Origin: Candidatus Latescibacterota bacterium
Lineage (GTDB): Bacteria; Latescibacterota; CBDEFO01
Reading direction: 5' to 3'
NCBI GenBank assembly: GCA_965248755.1
Contig: OZ252149.1
Location: 3,264,001-3,328,000 of the forward strand
DNA length: 64,000 nt
This document shows positions 41,819-52,375 of the stretch, piece after piece. Every line of letters starts with the position of its first letter. Position 1 is the stretch's first letter. Below the pieces are notes generated by a model that was given only the letters and a program-made list of their open reading frames with translations, had not been told where the DNA came from and did not search any database. The position numbers and the translations under genes were made by a program.

Positions 41819-43108
41819 ATGGAGAGAAGAGATTTCCTTAAAACTGCCCTTGCCGGATCGGCCGGCATCGGACTTGGCAATTATGCAGAGAGCTTTGCCA
41901 AAAGTTACTATACTTTAGGAGACGATATGGACAAGAAAAAGATAGCCGCTATCATCACCACTTACTTTGGGAACTCCCACGCGGATGTGATCGTCACCAA
42001 GTTCATGAAGGGATTCCCAACCGATGAGGGTTTGAAAGAACCTAAATTGGAATTGGCCTCGATATATCTGGATCAGATCCACGAAAAAGATGTAGGACAG
42101 AAGCTGGCAGCAGAGCACAATGTCCCTATCTATCAGAGCATTCGGGACGCGCTTACGTTGGGAGGGGATAAGCTGGCAGTAGACGGCGTGCTCTTAATCG
42201 GAGAGCACGGTGATTATCCTTCCAATGAGAAGGGTCAGCACATGTTTCCCAGGCGCTACTTTTTCGAGCAGATCTGCGGAGTCTTTGCCTCCAGCGGAAA
42301 ATCGGTGCCTGTGTTCAACGACAAGCATCTATCCTACAACTGGGATGACGCCCTATGGATGTATGAGAGAGCGCAGGAGTTGGATGTCCCACTGATGGCT
42401 GGATCGTCTGTTCCCCTGGCCTGGAGAAATCCTCAACTGGAATTTGAGTTAGGTACACCCGTACAGGAAGCGTTAGTAATCTCATACTCAGGGGTTGAGA
42501 TATACGGCATTCACGCCCTTGAGAACCTTCAGTGTATGGTGGAGCGTAGAAGTGGGGGGGAGACGGGAATAGCGGCGGTTCAGTGCCTTGAGGGGGAGGA
42601 TGTCTGGAGTGCCCGCAGTGAGGGTCTCTGGTCGCGGAAGCTGGAGGAGGCCGCCTCTTCTGCGATAGTTGACAAACCCCCGGGGGATATGCGGGAACAC
42701 TGTCCAAATCCGGCGGCTTTTATGATCGAATATAGAGATGGCCTCAAAGCTACAATACTGATGCTTTTGGGCTATATCTATGATTTTTCGTTTGCGGGGC
42801 TCTCTGATGGAGAGGTACTGGCAACGGAATTTTATATTCAAAACCAGCCGCCCCATGGAAACTTCAGCTATCTGTCTTTAAACATACAGGAGATGTTTTT
42901 GACGGGAAAGCCCCAGTATCGGGTAGAAAGGACACTTTTGACGACGGGGGCGATAGATTCCGTGATGAACTCGAGGTATCAGGGCTACAGCAGAGTGGAG
43001 ACGCCTCATCTGGACGTGGTGTATGGCCCTTCAGAGAAGCAGATCATAAGACCGACCGGGACTCGCCCGTCAGGGGCGACACTGGATCCGTGGCCCCCTG
43101 AAGGATAG
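41819..43108 (+). CDS. Tat-exported hypothetical protein, oxidoreductase-like
   Basis: MERRDFLK twin-arginine motif; VDGVLLIGEHG, VFNDKHL, MAGSS resemble a divergent Gfo/Idh/MocA fold. Confidence 0.7.
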   Translation: MERRDFLKTALAGSAGIGLGNYAESFAKSYYTLGDDMDKKKIAAIITTYFGNSHADVIVTKFMKGFPTDEGLKEPKLELASIYLDQIHEKDVGQKLAAEHNVPIYQSIRDALTLGGDKLAVDGVLLIGEHGDYPSNEKGQHMFPRRYFFEQICGVFASSGKSVPVFNDKHLSYNWDDALWMYERAQELDVPLMAGSSVPLAWRNPQLEFELGTPVQEALVISYSGVEIYGIHALENLQCMVERRSGGETGIAAVQCLEGEDVWSARSEGLWSRKLEEAASSAIVDKPPGDMREHCPNPAAFMIEYRDGLKATILMLLGYIYDFSFAGLSDGEVLATEFYIQNQPPHGNFSYLSLNIQEMFLTGKPQYRVERTLLTTGAIDSVMNSRYQGYSRVETPHLDVVYGPSEKQIIRPTGTRPSGATLDPWPPEG

Positions 43109-43500
43109 ATACCTCCTATTCATATAGACTGCTACGGCCCCGACAGGCGAACCCGCACCTCTTCTGATCTTGAGAGGAAAAGCGATAAATCTGAATCTGC
43201 CCACGCCCAGAACTTTATCAAAATTCACAAGGTTCTCATAGTGTGTAAAGACCATCTGTCCGCAGAATCTATGGACATCCTCGTTGGATACGCCCGGAAT
43301 GCCCGGCCCTGGCGAATCTACTGCAAAGGCAGTAATCTTCTTATGTCCGAACCCCCGGGCCGCGTCGGCCGATATCCCCGCCCAGTCGGTGGTGAAAGCA
43401 GGCGTACATCCTTCTGTGGTGACCTGTGTGGAGCAACATCGCATCTCTTTCCCTCACATCGAGGGGGTCCTGATGCAGAGCCTGCTCGATGTCGGGCACT
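43070..43500 (-). pseudogene. Cyclase/kynurenine-formamidase family C-terminal fragment
   Basis: AVDSPGP..VH..HYENLVN..FPLKI..GSPV.AVA; N-terminal half absent. Confidence 0.7.
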
Positions 43501-43862
43501 TCGATAAGTCCCTTAGACGCTAAATAAGTATAGATACGGACATGTGCTATCAGTGCAAAATATGGAAAGATCCATTTATCGCAACATATGTATACGTTGG
43601 GGTGAGGTCGACTCGACCCAAGGGCCCGAACACCTCTTGCAGTTAATTCAAGTTGCTTATTGAGGCCTCATAGAGGCGAACCCATGTGTCCCCCATGCCT
43701 GGAGGGCAGAAACGCGTCCCCCCCGATAGATTCAATCGAGGGTAGAAGCATTCGGGGACTGCCCCTATAGATGTTCCGTGTGAGATAGATTCTTGAAAAG
43801 TGCGATCTTTCCAAGTCACAAAATGATCCTGATATTTTGTGACCAAGATGAGTATTTTCCTG

Positions 43863-43892
43863 TTGACATGCCCCACACAGATAAAGTACCTT
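43863..43892 (+). promoter_or_regulatory. Putative sigma70 promoter of the catabolic island
   Basis: TTGACA-N18-TACCTT, preceded by inverted repeat 43815-43843. Confidence 0.4.
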
Positions 43893-44149
43893 ATACCTGT
43901 CAGCGTCTTGTCTTACTGTTGAAGTACGGGACAGTGTATGGATTCTATTTTGGTTTGCAACGATGCTCCAGTAAAACGATCAGAAGTGTCCCGAATACAA
44001 CAGCAACTCAGCTGCAATTACCTTAGCCTTGATCCGATACCGGGTTCAAGAGTCGAGTTAATCCCCGATTGAACCCCCGATTGACTCTATCGGGGGGCGG
44101 GGAATCGCCTAAGCCCGTCAGGTACGGGAATGAGAAAGGAAGGAAACTA

Positions 44150-45052
44150 ATGTGCGCTACACCCAAACTGGCCTGTGGAATACTTCCGGCACTCTGTACC
44201 CCCTTCGATGACAGCGGCCAGCACCTGGCCCTAGACCGAGTTCCTCCTCTGCTACGCGCACTGCTGGACGCAGGCTCCACTGGCTTCTTCGTCTGCGGCA
44301 GTACGGGAGAGGGCGGGGACATGAGCGTGGCAGAGCGGAAGCAGATGGCCGAAGTCGTGGTCAGAGAGGTGGCCGGAGATGTGCCGATTATCCTCCAGGT
44401 GGGAGCGACCAGCTTGGAGAACGCCGTGGAACTTGCCAAGCACGGGGCTGAGATCGGAGCGGATGCTGTCGCCTCCGTGGCCCCCATCGACACGCCCAAC
44501 GATCTACCGGCAGCAATTGAGCACTACAGCGCTATTGGCGCTGCCACCGATCTGCCCTTCTATGTCTACTGGCTAGCCCGCACCGCGGACAGTTCCGTCA
44601 CGGTCCCGCAGTTCCTGGAGGCCATGAATTCCGTGCCCAACTTCACGGGGATCAAGTTCACCGATAATGACTTGTACCTGTTTCAGCAGTTGGTGGACCT
44701 TTCGGAAGGTCGGATCAACGCCATCTCCGGACCGGACCAGATGTGTCTGGCCGCTATGGTCATGGGCAGCGATGGAGCCATCGGCTCGACCTATAACATC
44801 ATGCCGCGCCTCTTCGTCCAGATGCACAAGAGCTTCGAGGCCGGTGACATCCGCCAGGCCATGCTGGCCCAGACGAAGGCCAATAGGGTCATTGCCCCGA
44901 TCTTTGAAGCAGGCGCAATGGCCGCTATCAAGGCCATGCTTGGATGGCGCGGTACCCCGGTGGGTCCACCCCGCAATTTCCCACCGCTCTCACCTGCTGG
45001 AGAGTCCCAACTGCGCCGTTCCCTCGATGCCCTGGATTTTGAAGTGGTATGA
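44150..45052 (+). CDS. DHDPS-family aldolase, N-acetylneuraminate-lyase-like
   Basis: GSTGE, GIKFT Schiff-base Lys, GAIGSTYN; start moved to ATG 44150. Confidence 0.85.
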   Translation: MCATPKLACGILPALCTPFDDSGQHLALDRVPPLLRALLDAGSTGFFVCGSTGEGGDMSVAERKQMAEVVVREVAGDVPIILQVGATSLENAVELAKHGAEIGADAVASVAPIDTPNDLPAAIEHYSAIGAATDLPFYVYWLARTADSSVTVPQFLEAMNSVPNFTGIKFTDNDLYLFQQLVDLSEGRINAISGPDQMCLAAMVMGSDGAIGSTYNIMPRLFVQMHKSFEAGDIRQAMLAQTKANRVIAPIFEAGAMAAIKAMLGWRGTPVGPPRNFPPLSPAGESQLRRSLDALDFEVV

Positions 45053-45479
45053 GTATCCTGATGGACGTTACATACCACTTAGCTCTGTTATTCCGGTTGT
45101 GTGTATCGTGCCATTAAACACCTGTACATCGCTCACTTTACCTAAATTTGTATCTGCAGATGAATAATTTTGGGATTGCATTGGAGAAAAAACATTTATA
45201 TTTTATATCGGTTCGAAAGGATTATGCGGTTCAAAAACCCTCTCCAGTGCCCAGAAGTCGATCAGGTAAAATGGACGAAATCCACCGCCGCCTTCAGTTT
45301 AACCCGAGCAGCTTCGAGCATCCTGGGGTGTTCGTCTCGTCTGGTACCGCAAGCCGAGCGTCGGCAGCGTGCAGAACTCAACAAGGGACTGGATCATCCC
45401 AGTACAGTTTCCGTAGAATTCGGTGGAATTCTCCGCTGCAGGGGTCAAAGTGCATCTGATATAGGCCAAGGAGGAGCAT

Positions 45480-46571
45480 TTGCCAATTAAAAAGTATAGA
45501 GTTGCTGTCGTAGGCGGTGCGGGAACCTGGGGACGCAACTTTCTGCGTGCCTACGCCAACCATCCGGACTGTGAGATCGTGGCCTTAGTGGATCGCTCCC
45601 GGAACCGCCGACAGGACTTTGCCAACCACTACGGTATCCAGATGGTCTACGACACTGTGGATGAGCTATTGGCCAGAGATATTCCTGATATCGTCTCCCT
45701 TATTCTGCCGGTGTCTCAGACTTATAGCGCGGTGATCGCCTGCGCGGAGGCTGGAATAAAGGTGGTCTCGTGCGAGAAGCCTATAGCCGCAGAGCTTGCC
45801 CGTGCCGATGAAATTGTGCGCATATGCCGCGAACGCGGAACCGCTTTAGGCTGCGGGGACGCCCACTGGTTTGTTCCATATCTGCCGCAGGTCGTCGACT
45901 GGATCCGGGCCGGAAACATCGGCCGGCTCACCGCCGCGGCTATTCCAGGTGGACTGCCGCGCGAGGTATCGGGAGGTGGATGCCATCTGCTTACTATGAT
46001 GCGTTTCGTCACTGGAATGGAAGTGGAATGGGTCGAGGGCTGGACGCTGCCACCTGAGCCGGGATTCCGCGCAGAGGAAGCGGCGGACAGAGAGGTTGAC
46101 TGTCCCGCTTATGGCCGCCTGGGACTGTCCACCGGGATTATCTGTGAGATCCCTCAGCCACGTCCTGAACAACCAGTGCCCTGCGAGGTCGCGGTCACCG
46201 GTGAGAACGGTCAGGTGTGGATCACCCCACCCAGGCCAGTTCTTATTCAGGGGGACGGAGCTCTTTCGACCCCGGTCTATCCTGAGTTTTTTGACGCTCC
46301 CTGGTTTGACGACCCCTTTATACCTGTTATCGAGCGGCTCATGCGGGCTTTTGACACGGGCCAGGAGGTTGAGTGCAGCGGACACGACTACCGCCACGCA
46401 CTGGAAATCGCCATTGCCCTGAACCTTTCATCGCAGCGCGGTCACCGGCGTATTGCTCTGCCTTTGGAAGACCGCTCTCTTAAGATCTTCCCCCATCCAT
46501 ACCGTCTGAAAGGCGGTGATGTGGCTGGCTGGGAGAGCATCGGCTATACAGGCCCGCCGCAGATTCCGTAG
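45480..46571 (+). CDS. Gfo/Idh/MocA oxidoreductase
   Basis: VAVVGGAGTWG, CEKP; TTG start after GAGGAG. Confidence 0.88.
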   Translation: MPIKKYRVAVVGGAGTWGRNFLRAYANHPDCEIVALVDRSRNRRQDFANHYGIQMVYDTVDELLARDIPDIVSLILPVSQTYSAVIACAEAGIKVVSCEKPIAAELARADEIVRICRERGTALGCGDAHWFVPYLPQVVDWIRAGNIGRLTAAAIPGGLPREVSGGGCHLLTMMRFVTGMEVEWVEGWTLPPEPGFRAEEAADREVDCPAYGRLGLSTGIICEIPQPRPEQPVPCEVAVTGENGQVWITPPRPVLIQGDGALSTPVYPEFFDAPWFDDPFIPVIERLMRAFDTGQEVECSGHDYRHALEIAIALNLSSQRGHRRIALPLEDRSLKIFPHPYRLKGGDVAGWESIGYTGPPQIP

Positions 46572-46708
46572 GCTTTTTATGTCCTGATTTCCCCGTTACG
46601 AGACCCGTACGGGAGAGATACAAGATAGAGCGTTATCTGCAGTTGGCCTCGGATATTGTCTTGACGTATGTGGAACTGGTCATCAAGGACTAAAAGAGGG
46701 AGAAAGTT

Positions 46709-47782
46709 ATGAGCCAGATCAAACACCGGGTGGCTATTATAGGCTGCGGTCGCCTGGGACAGGTATATGCCGAGGCCTATACGACATATCCGGACTGTGA
46801 GATCGTCGCCATCGCAGAGTACAACCCAGAGCGCCGCAAGACTGTGGGTGAGCGCTTCGCTGTGTCCGCCCTCTATGCGGACGCCTCCGCCCTGCTCAGG
46901 GATATTGTCCCGGACATCGCGGCGGTGGTGACGCCTACAAAGCATATGAAGGAGGCAGTGATCGCCTGTGCCGAGGCCGGCGTGAAAGGTGTGTCCACGG
47001 ACAAGCCGATCGCGGCTATGCTTTCGGATGCGGACGAGATGGTGGAGACCTGTGAAGACCGCGGTGTGGTATTCTCCGGGGGGAACCTACAGCGAGCCAT
47101 GCACGAAGTGCAGGCGGCCGGACGTAGCCTCCGTTCCGGGGAGTTCGGGGAGTTGTCAGGTGCAAGTGTGCATGGGTTCGGCGGCGAGATATCCGGAAGT
47201 TGTTGCCATCACATCTCGGTGCTGAGACTCTTTACGGATGCTGAGGTAGACGAGGTAACGGCCTGGGGGACGCCGCCGGAGGCTCTGGAAAAAGACGACG
47301 AAGGTGGTTTGATTATTCACGGCCTGTTTCACCTTACATCAGGCATCGAATGTGCAGTCTTTGGCTCTAGCACTTCCTCCCGGGGTGTGGACGTCTGGAA
47401 TGAAGAGGCGCTGGTTCGCTGGGACTGGGCGCCGCCGGAGATATTTCAGGGCTATGATGCCAACGGCGCCCGCATCCGCATCGATCCTGGATATGAGCCA
47501 TACGACTGGAGCGAGTTCTCTTATCTGACCGGATCCATCCGATCTTTCCTGGCGGCTGTGGAGACCGGGAGCGAGCTGTGGATATCGGGGCATGATCTCA
47601 GGCAGGCATTGGAGGTGGCTATCGCTGCTAAACTCTCAGCCCAATTAGGAAATGTCCCCGTAAAGCTGCCCCTGAAAGATCGTTCCCTGGTTCTGTATCC
47701 GCGCCCTTATCGATGGGCCGGGGGTGACGCAGTCGGAAGCCCGCAGTCAGTTGAAGAGGCAGCAGGTCTCACTAACCAATAG
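46709..47782 (+). CDS. Gfo/Idh/MocA oxidoreductase (paralog)
   Basis: VAIIGCGRLG, TDKP; shares the C-terminal PL.DRSL...P.PYR..GGD with the upstream gene. Confidence 0.88.
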   Translation: MSQIKHRVAIIGCGRLGQVYAEAYTTYPDCEIVAIAEYNPERRKTVGERFAVSALYADASALLRDIVPDIAAVVTPTKHMKEAVIACAEAGVKGVSTDKPIAAMLSDADEMVETCEDRGVVFSGGNLQRAMHEVQAAGRSLRSGEFGELSGASVHGFGGEISGSCCHHISVLRLFTDAEVDEVTAWGTPPEALEKDDEGGLIIHGLFHLTSGIECAVFGSSTSSRGVDVWNEEALVRWDWAPPEIFQGYDANGARIRIDPGYEPYDWSEFSYLTGSIRSFLAAVETGSELWISGHDLRQALEVAIAAKLSAQLGNVPVKLPLKDRSLVLYPRPYRWAGGDAVGSPQSVEEAAGLTNQ

Positions 47783-47797
47783 AGGAGGGAGAGGACT

Positions 47798-49414
47798 ATG
47801 AGCCGCGAAAAGGAGGTTGTCTTCTACACCGATGGCAGGCATACATCGGTCTATATCTACGAACCGCCGATGGATGAGCGTATCTACACCGCACCTATCG
47901 ATGAGCTGGTAGATCTGGGGATTGACACCATCACCTACGCTGTGGGGGACTGCCGGGTTCTGCTCTACGACACCAAGGCCGGCGAGCGCTGGGGCCACAA
48001 TGTCAAGAAGACCAACCAAATCATCTTTTACCGCGCAGGCCTGAATCTGGAGCAGTTCATCGCAGATGGCCGTGATCCGCTCAGGGTGGTCTGCCAGCGG
48101 GCCCACGATCTGGGATTCAGCTTTATGCCCAGCCTTCTGTTGGCGATGCAGCACCAGGAACCCGCCGAGGTGACGGACTGCCGCTGCTCAGATTTCTGCT
48201 TTGAGCATCCCGAGTACCAGGTGGGACGCGAGCCGGATTTTCCCGAGGCGCGCTGGGATGATCCCGCCCGCTTCTCCTACGCCATCCCCGAAGTCCGCCA
48301 GAATCGCCTGGCTGTGATCGAAGAACTGGTATCGGCCTATGACACGGACGGCATCGAGCTGAATGTTTTGGATTATGCCCCTTTCCTGGCGCGCCGGGAG
48401 ATCGAGGAGCACACTGATACCTTCACTCAGTTTGTTGGAGAGGTCCGGAGCTTATGCGATAAGGCGGCTGAACAACAGGGCAGGGAGAAGCGTCTTTTGG
48501 TCCGCGCCGCCGCCAGCATGGAGGGAAGCAAGGCCCTGGGGATCGATCTGGAGACAATGATCCGGGAGCAGATCGTGGATACAGTGCTGGCGATGCCACC
48601 TCACAAATTGGGGTTAATGGAGCAGCATCCCGCCGGCATCGCTGAACTGATAGAGGCAGCCCGCGGCAGAGATGTCAAGATCATACAGGGTATTTCCAAC
48701 ATTATCCGCCACGATGCCTTTCAAAATGCCACACGTGAAATGCAGGCAGCCCAGGCAAGCAATGGCTATCGCGAGGGCGCCCATGGTGTCTTCTTCTCTA
48801 CTTACTATCCATCCGGATATCCCTATTCAGATGCGGACTTTGAGACCGTCCGCTATATGGGACATCCCGAACTACTGGCGCACAAGGACAAGCATTTTGC
48901 TGCGCGACAGGGTCCAAATGGGCCTGAGGATACGGCTGGAGACTATCTATCACCAAATCCGCTTCCCGTCGAACTGAAGGTAGGAGAACAGGGTGCGCCG
49001 CAGACTCTCTATGTCAGCGATGATCTGTCTGCAAAGAAGGAACTGGGCGAGCTGTCCAGGTGCGAACTGCGGGTCCGCATCCTCTCGCTGATACATAGCG
49101 ACACCTTTGATCTATGGCTGAATGACGAGCAGATCCCTCGCCAGCATCAGGAATGGCTCGACTGGACTTACTCCGTACGGCCCGTACCCGGCAACATCCG
49201 GCTCATTGATACCTACTGGATAACCGTTGATTTGCTGAGATTGGTCCCGCTGCCGTCACCAGGAGATAATACCATCCGGGTCGATCTGAAGAGCCGCGAC
49301 CCGCGCTGTGTACCACCTGTTCTGCTGCACGATGTGGAACTCGTAGTGGAGTACCGACATCATCGGCACGCGCCGCGCCGGGACGAATGGTGGCAGGATT
49401 CACGACAGAGATAG
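47798..49414 (+). CDS. Glycoside-hydrolase-like TIM-barrel protein of unknown function
   Basis: YAIPEVR..RL..IEEL...YD.DGIEL pattern typical of GHL10-like proteins. Confidence 0.6.
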   Translation: MSREKEVVFYTDGRHTSVYIYEPPMDERIYTAPIDELVDLGIDTITYAVGDCRVLLYDTKAGERWGHNVKKTNQIIFYRAGLNLEQFIADGRDPLRVVCQRAHDLGFSFMPSLLLAMQHQEPAEVTDCRCSDFCFEHPEYQVGREPDFPEARWDDPARFSYAIPEVRQNRLAVIEELVSAYDTDGIELNVLDYAPFLARREIEEHTDTFTQFVGEVRSLCDKAAEQQGREKRLLVRAAASMEGSKALGIDLETMIREQIVDTVLAMPPHKLGLMEQHPAGIAELIEAARGRDVKIIQGISNIIRHDAFQNATREMQAAQASNGYREGAHGVFFSTYYPSGYPYSDADFETVRYMGHPELLAHKDKHFAARQGPNGPEDTAGDYLSPNPLPVELKVGEQGAPQTLYVSDDLSAKKELGELSRCELRVRILSLIHSDTFDLWLNDEQIPRQHQEWLDWTYSVRPVPGNIRLIDTYWITVDLLRLVPLPSPGDNTIRVDLKSRDPRCVPPVLLHDVELVVEYRHHRHAPRRDEWWQDSRQR

Positions 49415-49467
49415 AAACCGCAGCCAGAAGACTATTACCAACAAAAAATATCGATAGGGGGACTCTC

Positions 49468-50727
49468 ATGAGAATCACCGAAATTGAGCCTATTTCCCTG
49501 CATGTGCCCTACGAGGCACGCATTCGCAGGAAGTTTTACCATTTCGCTATGACTGAAGAGGTGACGGTCTACAAATTTCATACCGATTCGGGTCTTATCG
49601 GCCTGGGCGAAAACATAGGTGCCCCTTACGGGCAGAATCAGCTAAACGCATATCTCGGCACTGATCCGTTTGATCATGTAATGGGCCAGGGGCTTTTCAA
49701 CCTCGACATGGCCTGCTATGATCTGATGGGCAAGCACCTGGACCTTCCGGCCTGGAAACTGATGGGCCAGCAGGTGCGGCAATGGGTGGCCATGGGTTGG
49801 TGGATGCCATGTATGTCCCCTGAAGACAGTGCCGCCGAAGTTCAGGTGGCTGCAGAACGCGGGTACCGCGGGCTCAAATGCAAGGCCAGGGCATTCTACG
49901 ATGTAGTCGAGCAATCAGAGGCTATTCAGGAGATTGCACCGCCTGACTTTCGTGTGGAGTACGATTTCAACGGCTCGTTAATAAATGTGGAGAAGGCCCT
50001 GCCTATCCTGCGGAAATTGGAGAAGTTTCCGGTGGTCAAGGGCCTGGAAGAACCGATCTTCGCCCACGATGTCGAGGGTTGGCGCCGCCTCCACCGGGAG
50101 ATACGGATCCCATTCTACCTGCACGGTGTCCATGTCATCAGGCAGGGTGCGGATCGCGCCCCTTCGGGACCCTGGATCGGGCTCCGCGCGGGCGACTTCG
50201 AGGGGGCACTCTGTAGCCACGATTCGATCAAGGGCGCCCTTTCGGCCGGCTGGGTATTTACTGCGGCGAACACCCCTATTCTGCTGCAATATGTGGGCAC
50301 CGGAATTACCACGGCATTTGCCTGCAATCTGGGAGCCGTGATGCCCACGGCCACCCTGCCGGCGGTGACGGCCAGCCACACCTATGAAGATGACCTGATC
50401 GTGGAGGCTCATACGGTGCAGCGGGGATTCATGAAGGTCCCTGAGGGGCCGGGACTGGGAGTGGAGTTAGATGAGGATGCGGTGAAGCGGTATTCGCAGA
50501 CTTCCGCACCCGAATGGCCCCGGCATATCTCCGTGGTTACCCTGACCGGAGGGCTAAAACACTACTACCGGAATTTGGGGCAGGCCGAAAATCTCATGAA
50601 GCTGGGGGTGGACGAATCCTACGCACCAGGTGTCAGACTGGGCGAATGGGAGGATGACGGCAGCGATAAATTTGACAGCCTCTGGAAGCGCCTGCAAGAG
50701 AGCGATTGGCCCGTATGGGAGGAGTAG
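49468..50727 (+). CDS. Mandelate racemase/enolase-superfamily enzyme
   Basis: GLGE, DLMGK, KCK, DFN, EEP, PGLGVELD; start moved to ATG 49468. Confidence 0.88.
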   Translation: MRITEIEPISLHVPYEARIRRKFYHFAMTEEVTVYKFHTDSGLIGLGENIGAPYGQNQLNAYLGTDPFDHVMGQGLFNLDMACYDLMGKHLDLPAWKLMGQQVRQWVAMGWWMPCMSPEDSAAEVQVAAERGYRGLKCKARAFYDVVEQSEAIQEIAPPDFRVEYDFNGSLINVEKALPILRKLEKFPVVKGLEEPIFAHDVEGWRRLHREIRIPFYLHGVHVIRQGADRAPSGPWIGLRAGDFEGALCSHDSIKGALSAGWVFTAANTPILLQYVGTGITTAFACNLGAVMPTATLPAVTASHTYEDDLIVEAHTVQRGFMKVPEGPGLGVELDEDAVKRYSQTSAPEWPRHISVVTLTGGLKHYYRNLGQAENLMKLGVDESYAPGVRLGEWEDDGSDKFDSLWKRLQESDWPVWEE

Positions 50728-51003
50728 AGAGTGGAGAATGCAGAGCGTCTGTATCTTTCCAGATGACATTGGGGTCGTTCTGCACCATCCTAACCCTGAG
50801 GATGTGACCGATGTTTACTGGGTAGTGGGTCGAGGCCCAAATATGAGGAGTTATATACGTTGTATGTCTACGTAATTACCCGACATCGAAATAACGCTAC
50901 GACTAACCGGAGCAACATTAAGTTTCGGTGACCTCAGACTGTATCAAGTAAAGTATAACTGCTTCGGTATATTGTTGAAGCATCAAAGACAAAGGAGAGG
51001 ATA

Positions 51004-51981
51004 ATGAATGTTCCGCCCACGGACGGAATTCAAGTTCCCGTAGAGGATCTCCGCAAGCAGGTGGCGTCCATTTACCGGGAAGTACCCGTTCCCGAGGATC
51101 ACGCCCAACTGATCGCCGATCTCCTGATCGACACGGAGCTGCGCGGCGTTGTCAGTCACGGGGTCGTGCAGGTCGAACGCTATGTGCGCGCCTTCCAGAA
51201 GGGTAAAGCCAACACGCACCCCAACGTTCGGGTTCTGAAGGAAGGCCCTGTGACAGCGGCCCTCGATGGGGACGGTGGTCTCGGGATGATCGTCGCCACG
51301 AAGGCCATGCAGATGGCAATAGCTAAAGCCAAGAAGATGGGGATCGGAGTCACGACAAGTACCTACCACGATCACCTTGGGAGTTCGGGAAAGTATATCC
51401 GGATGGCCCTGCGCGATGACCTGATCGGGATTAGCTTCTCGGGTAGGAACGCATCGCCGAGCTACGACTACAACAGCACCATTCAAGGTTCGATACAGGG
51501 GAGTCCGCCGCTCGCCTTCGGCATGCCCTCCGGGCCAGATCAGCCCTACTTCATGCTGGACCTGGCTAGTCACATGGTGTGGGATGAGGAGTGCTTCAAG
51601 AAGATGCCTCAGGTCTTCTTCAAATGCATCGGGCTCTCACACGTGGCCAACATCATGAGCGGCACCCTGGGAGGTCAGATGCTTCCGGAGTTCAACCGCA
51701 AGAACGTCAAGTACACCGGCGCCGACCAATCCGGGTTCTTCATGGCCCTTGATATCGAGTGTTTCGTCCCGCTCCAGGCCTTCAAGGACGATATGGACTT
51801 TCTGATGGAAGAGACAAGCAAGATGAAGCCCTTTCCGGGCTATTCCGAATCTACCCTCCCCGGTAGACGCGCGTGGAAGAAGGAGAAAGAATATTTGCAG
51901 GATGGCATTCCCATCTCCGAGACCGCAGTTAAATCGTTGGAGAAATTGGCTCTTGAATTTGGCCTTCCTATTCCCTGGTAG
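51004..51981 (+). CDS. Ldh_2-family (malate/L-lactate/ureidoglycolate-type) oxidoreductase
   Basis: LRGVVSHG, DGDGGLG, HLG, LDLA, LPG. Confidence 0.88.
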   Translation: MNVPPTDGIQVPVEDLRKQVASIYREVPVPEDHAQLIADLLIDTELRGVVSHGVVQVERYVRAFQKGKANTHPNVRVLKEGPVTAALDGDGGLGMIVATKAMQMAIAKAKKMGIGVTTSTYHDHLGSSGKYIRMALRDDLIGISFSGRNASPSYDYNSTIQGSIQGSPPLAFGMPSGPDQPYFMLDLASHMVWDEECFKKMPQVFFKCIGLSHVANIMSGTLGGQMLPEFNRKNVKYTGADQSGFFMALDIECFVPLQAFKDDMDFLMEETSKMKPFPGYSESTLPGRRAWKKEKEYLQDGIPISETAVKSLEKLALEFGLPIPW

Positions 51982-52375
51982 AGGGGCAGAAGCGCAGTAA
52001 CTCCGCTTATACTATGAGACGACAGTACGTGCGGTAGGTGTGCACGGATCGTGATCCCCGTTACACTCAATCGAGGAAGAAGTATGTCTTCCGATTCAAG
52101 TAGGCGGGACCTCGATCCGCAATCCCATTTTCACTGTGGAGAACGCAGGCACTAAGTTTTAAAGGCGAATTCGGATTCTGGAAAGAGCAACCAGAGCAAA
52201 TATGTTCCTCTCTTTTGTTCCTCAGATTTTGATATAGACAGCTGGAAGTAGCGATTCTGGCGCTGCACCTGGCCTCTATTCGTTGCGCTTCATAGGGAGG
52301 CGAGCTTAGTCATCAGGTGCGTCGAACAAACGGTACCAATTTCAAAGGTTGAAACGATAAGATCTGGAGAAATCT

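Noticed and set aside
45148..45563. Small ORFs between the lyase and the first oxidoreductase
   Set aside because: No recognisable motifs or RBS; several overlapping frames are equally weak
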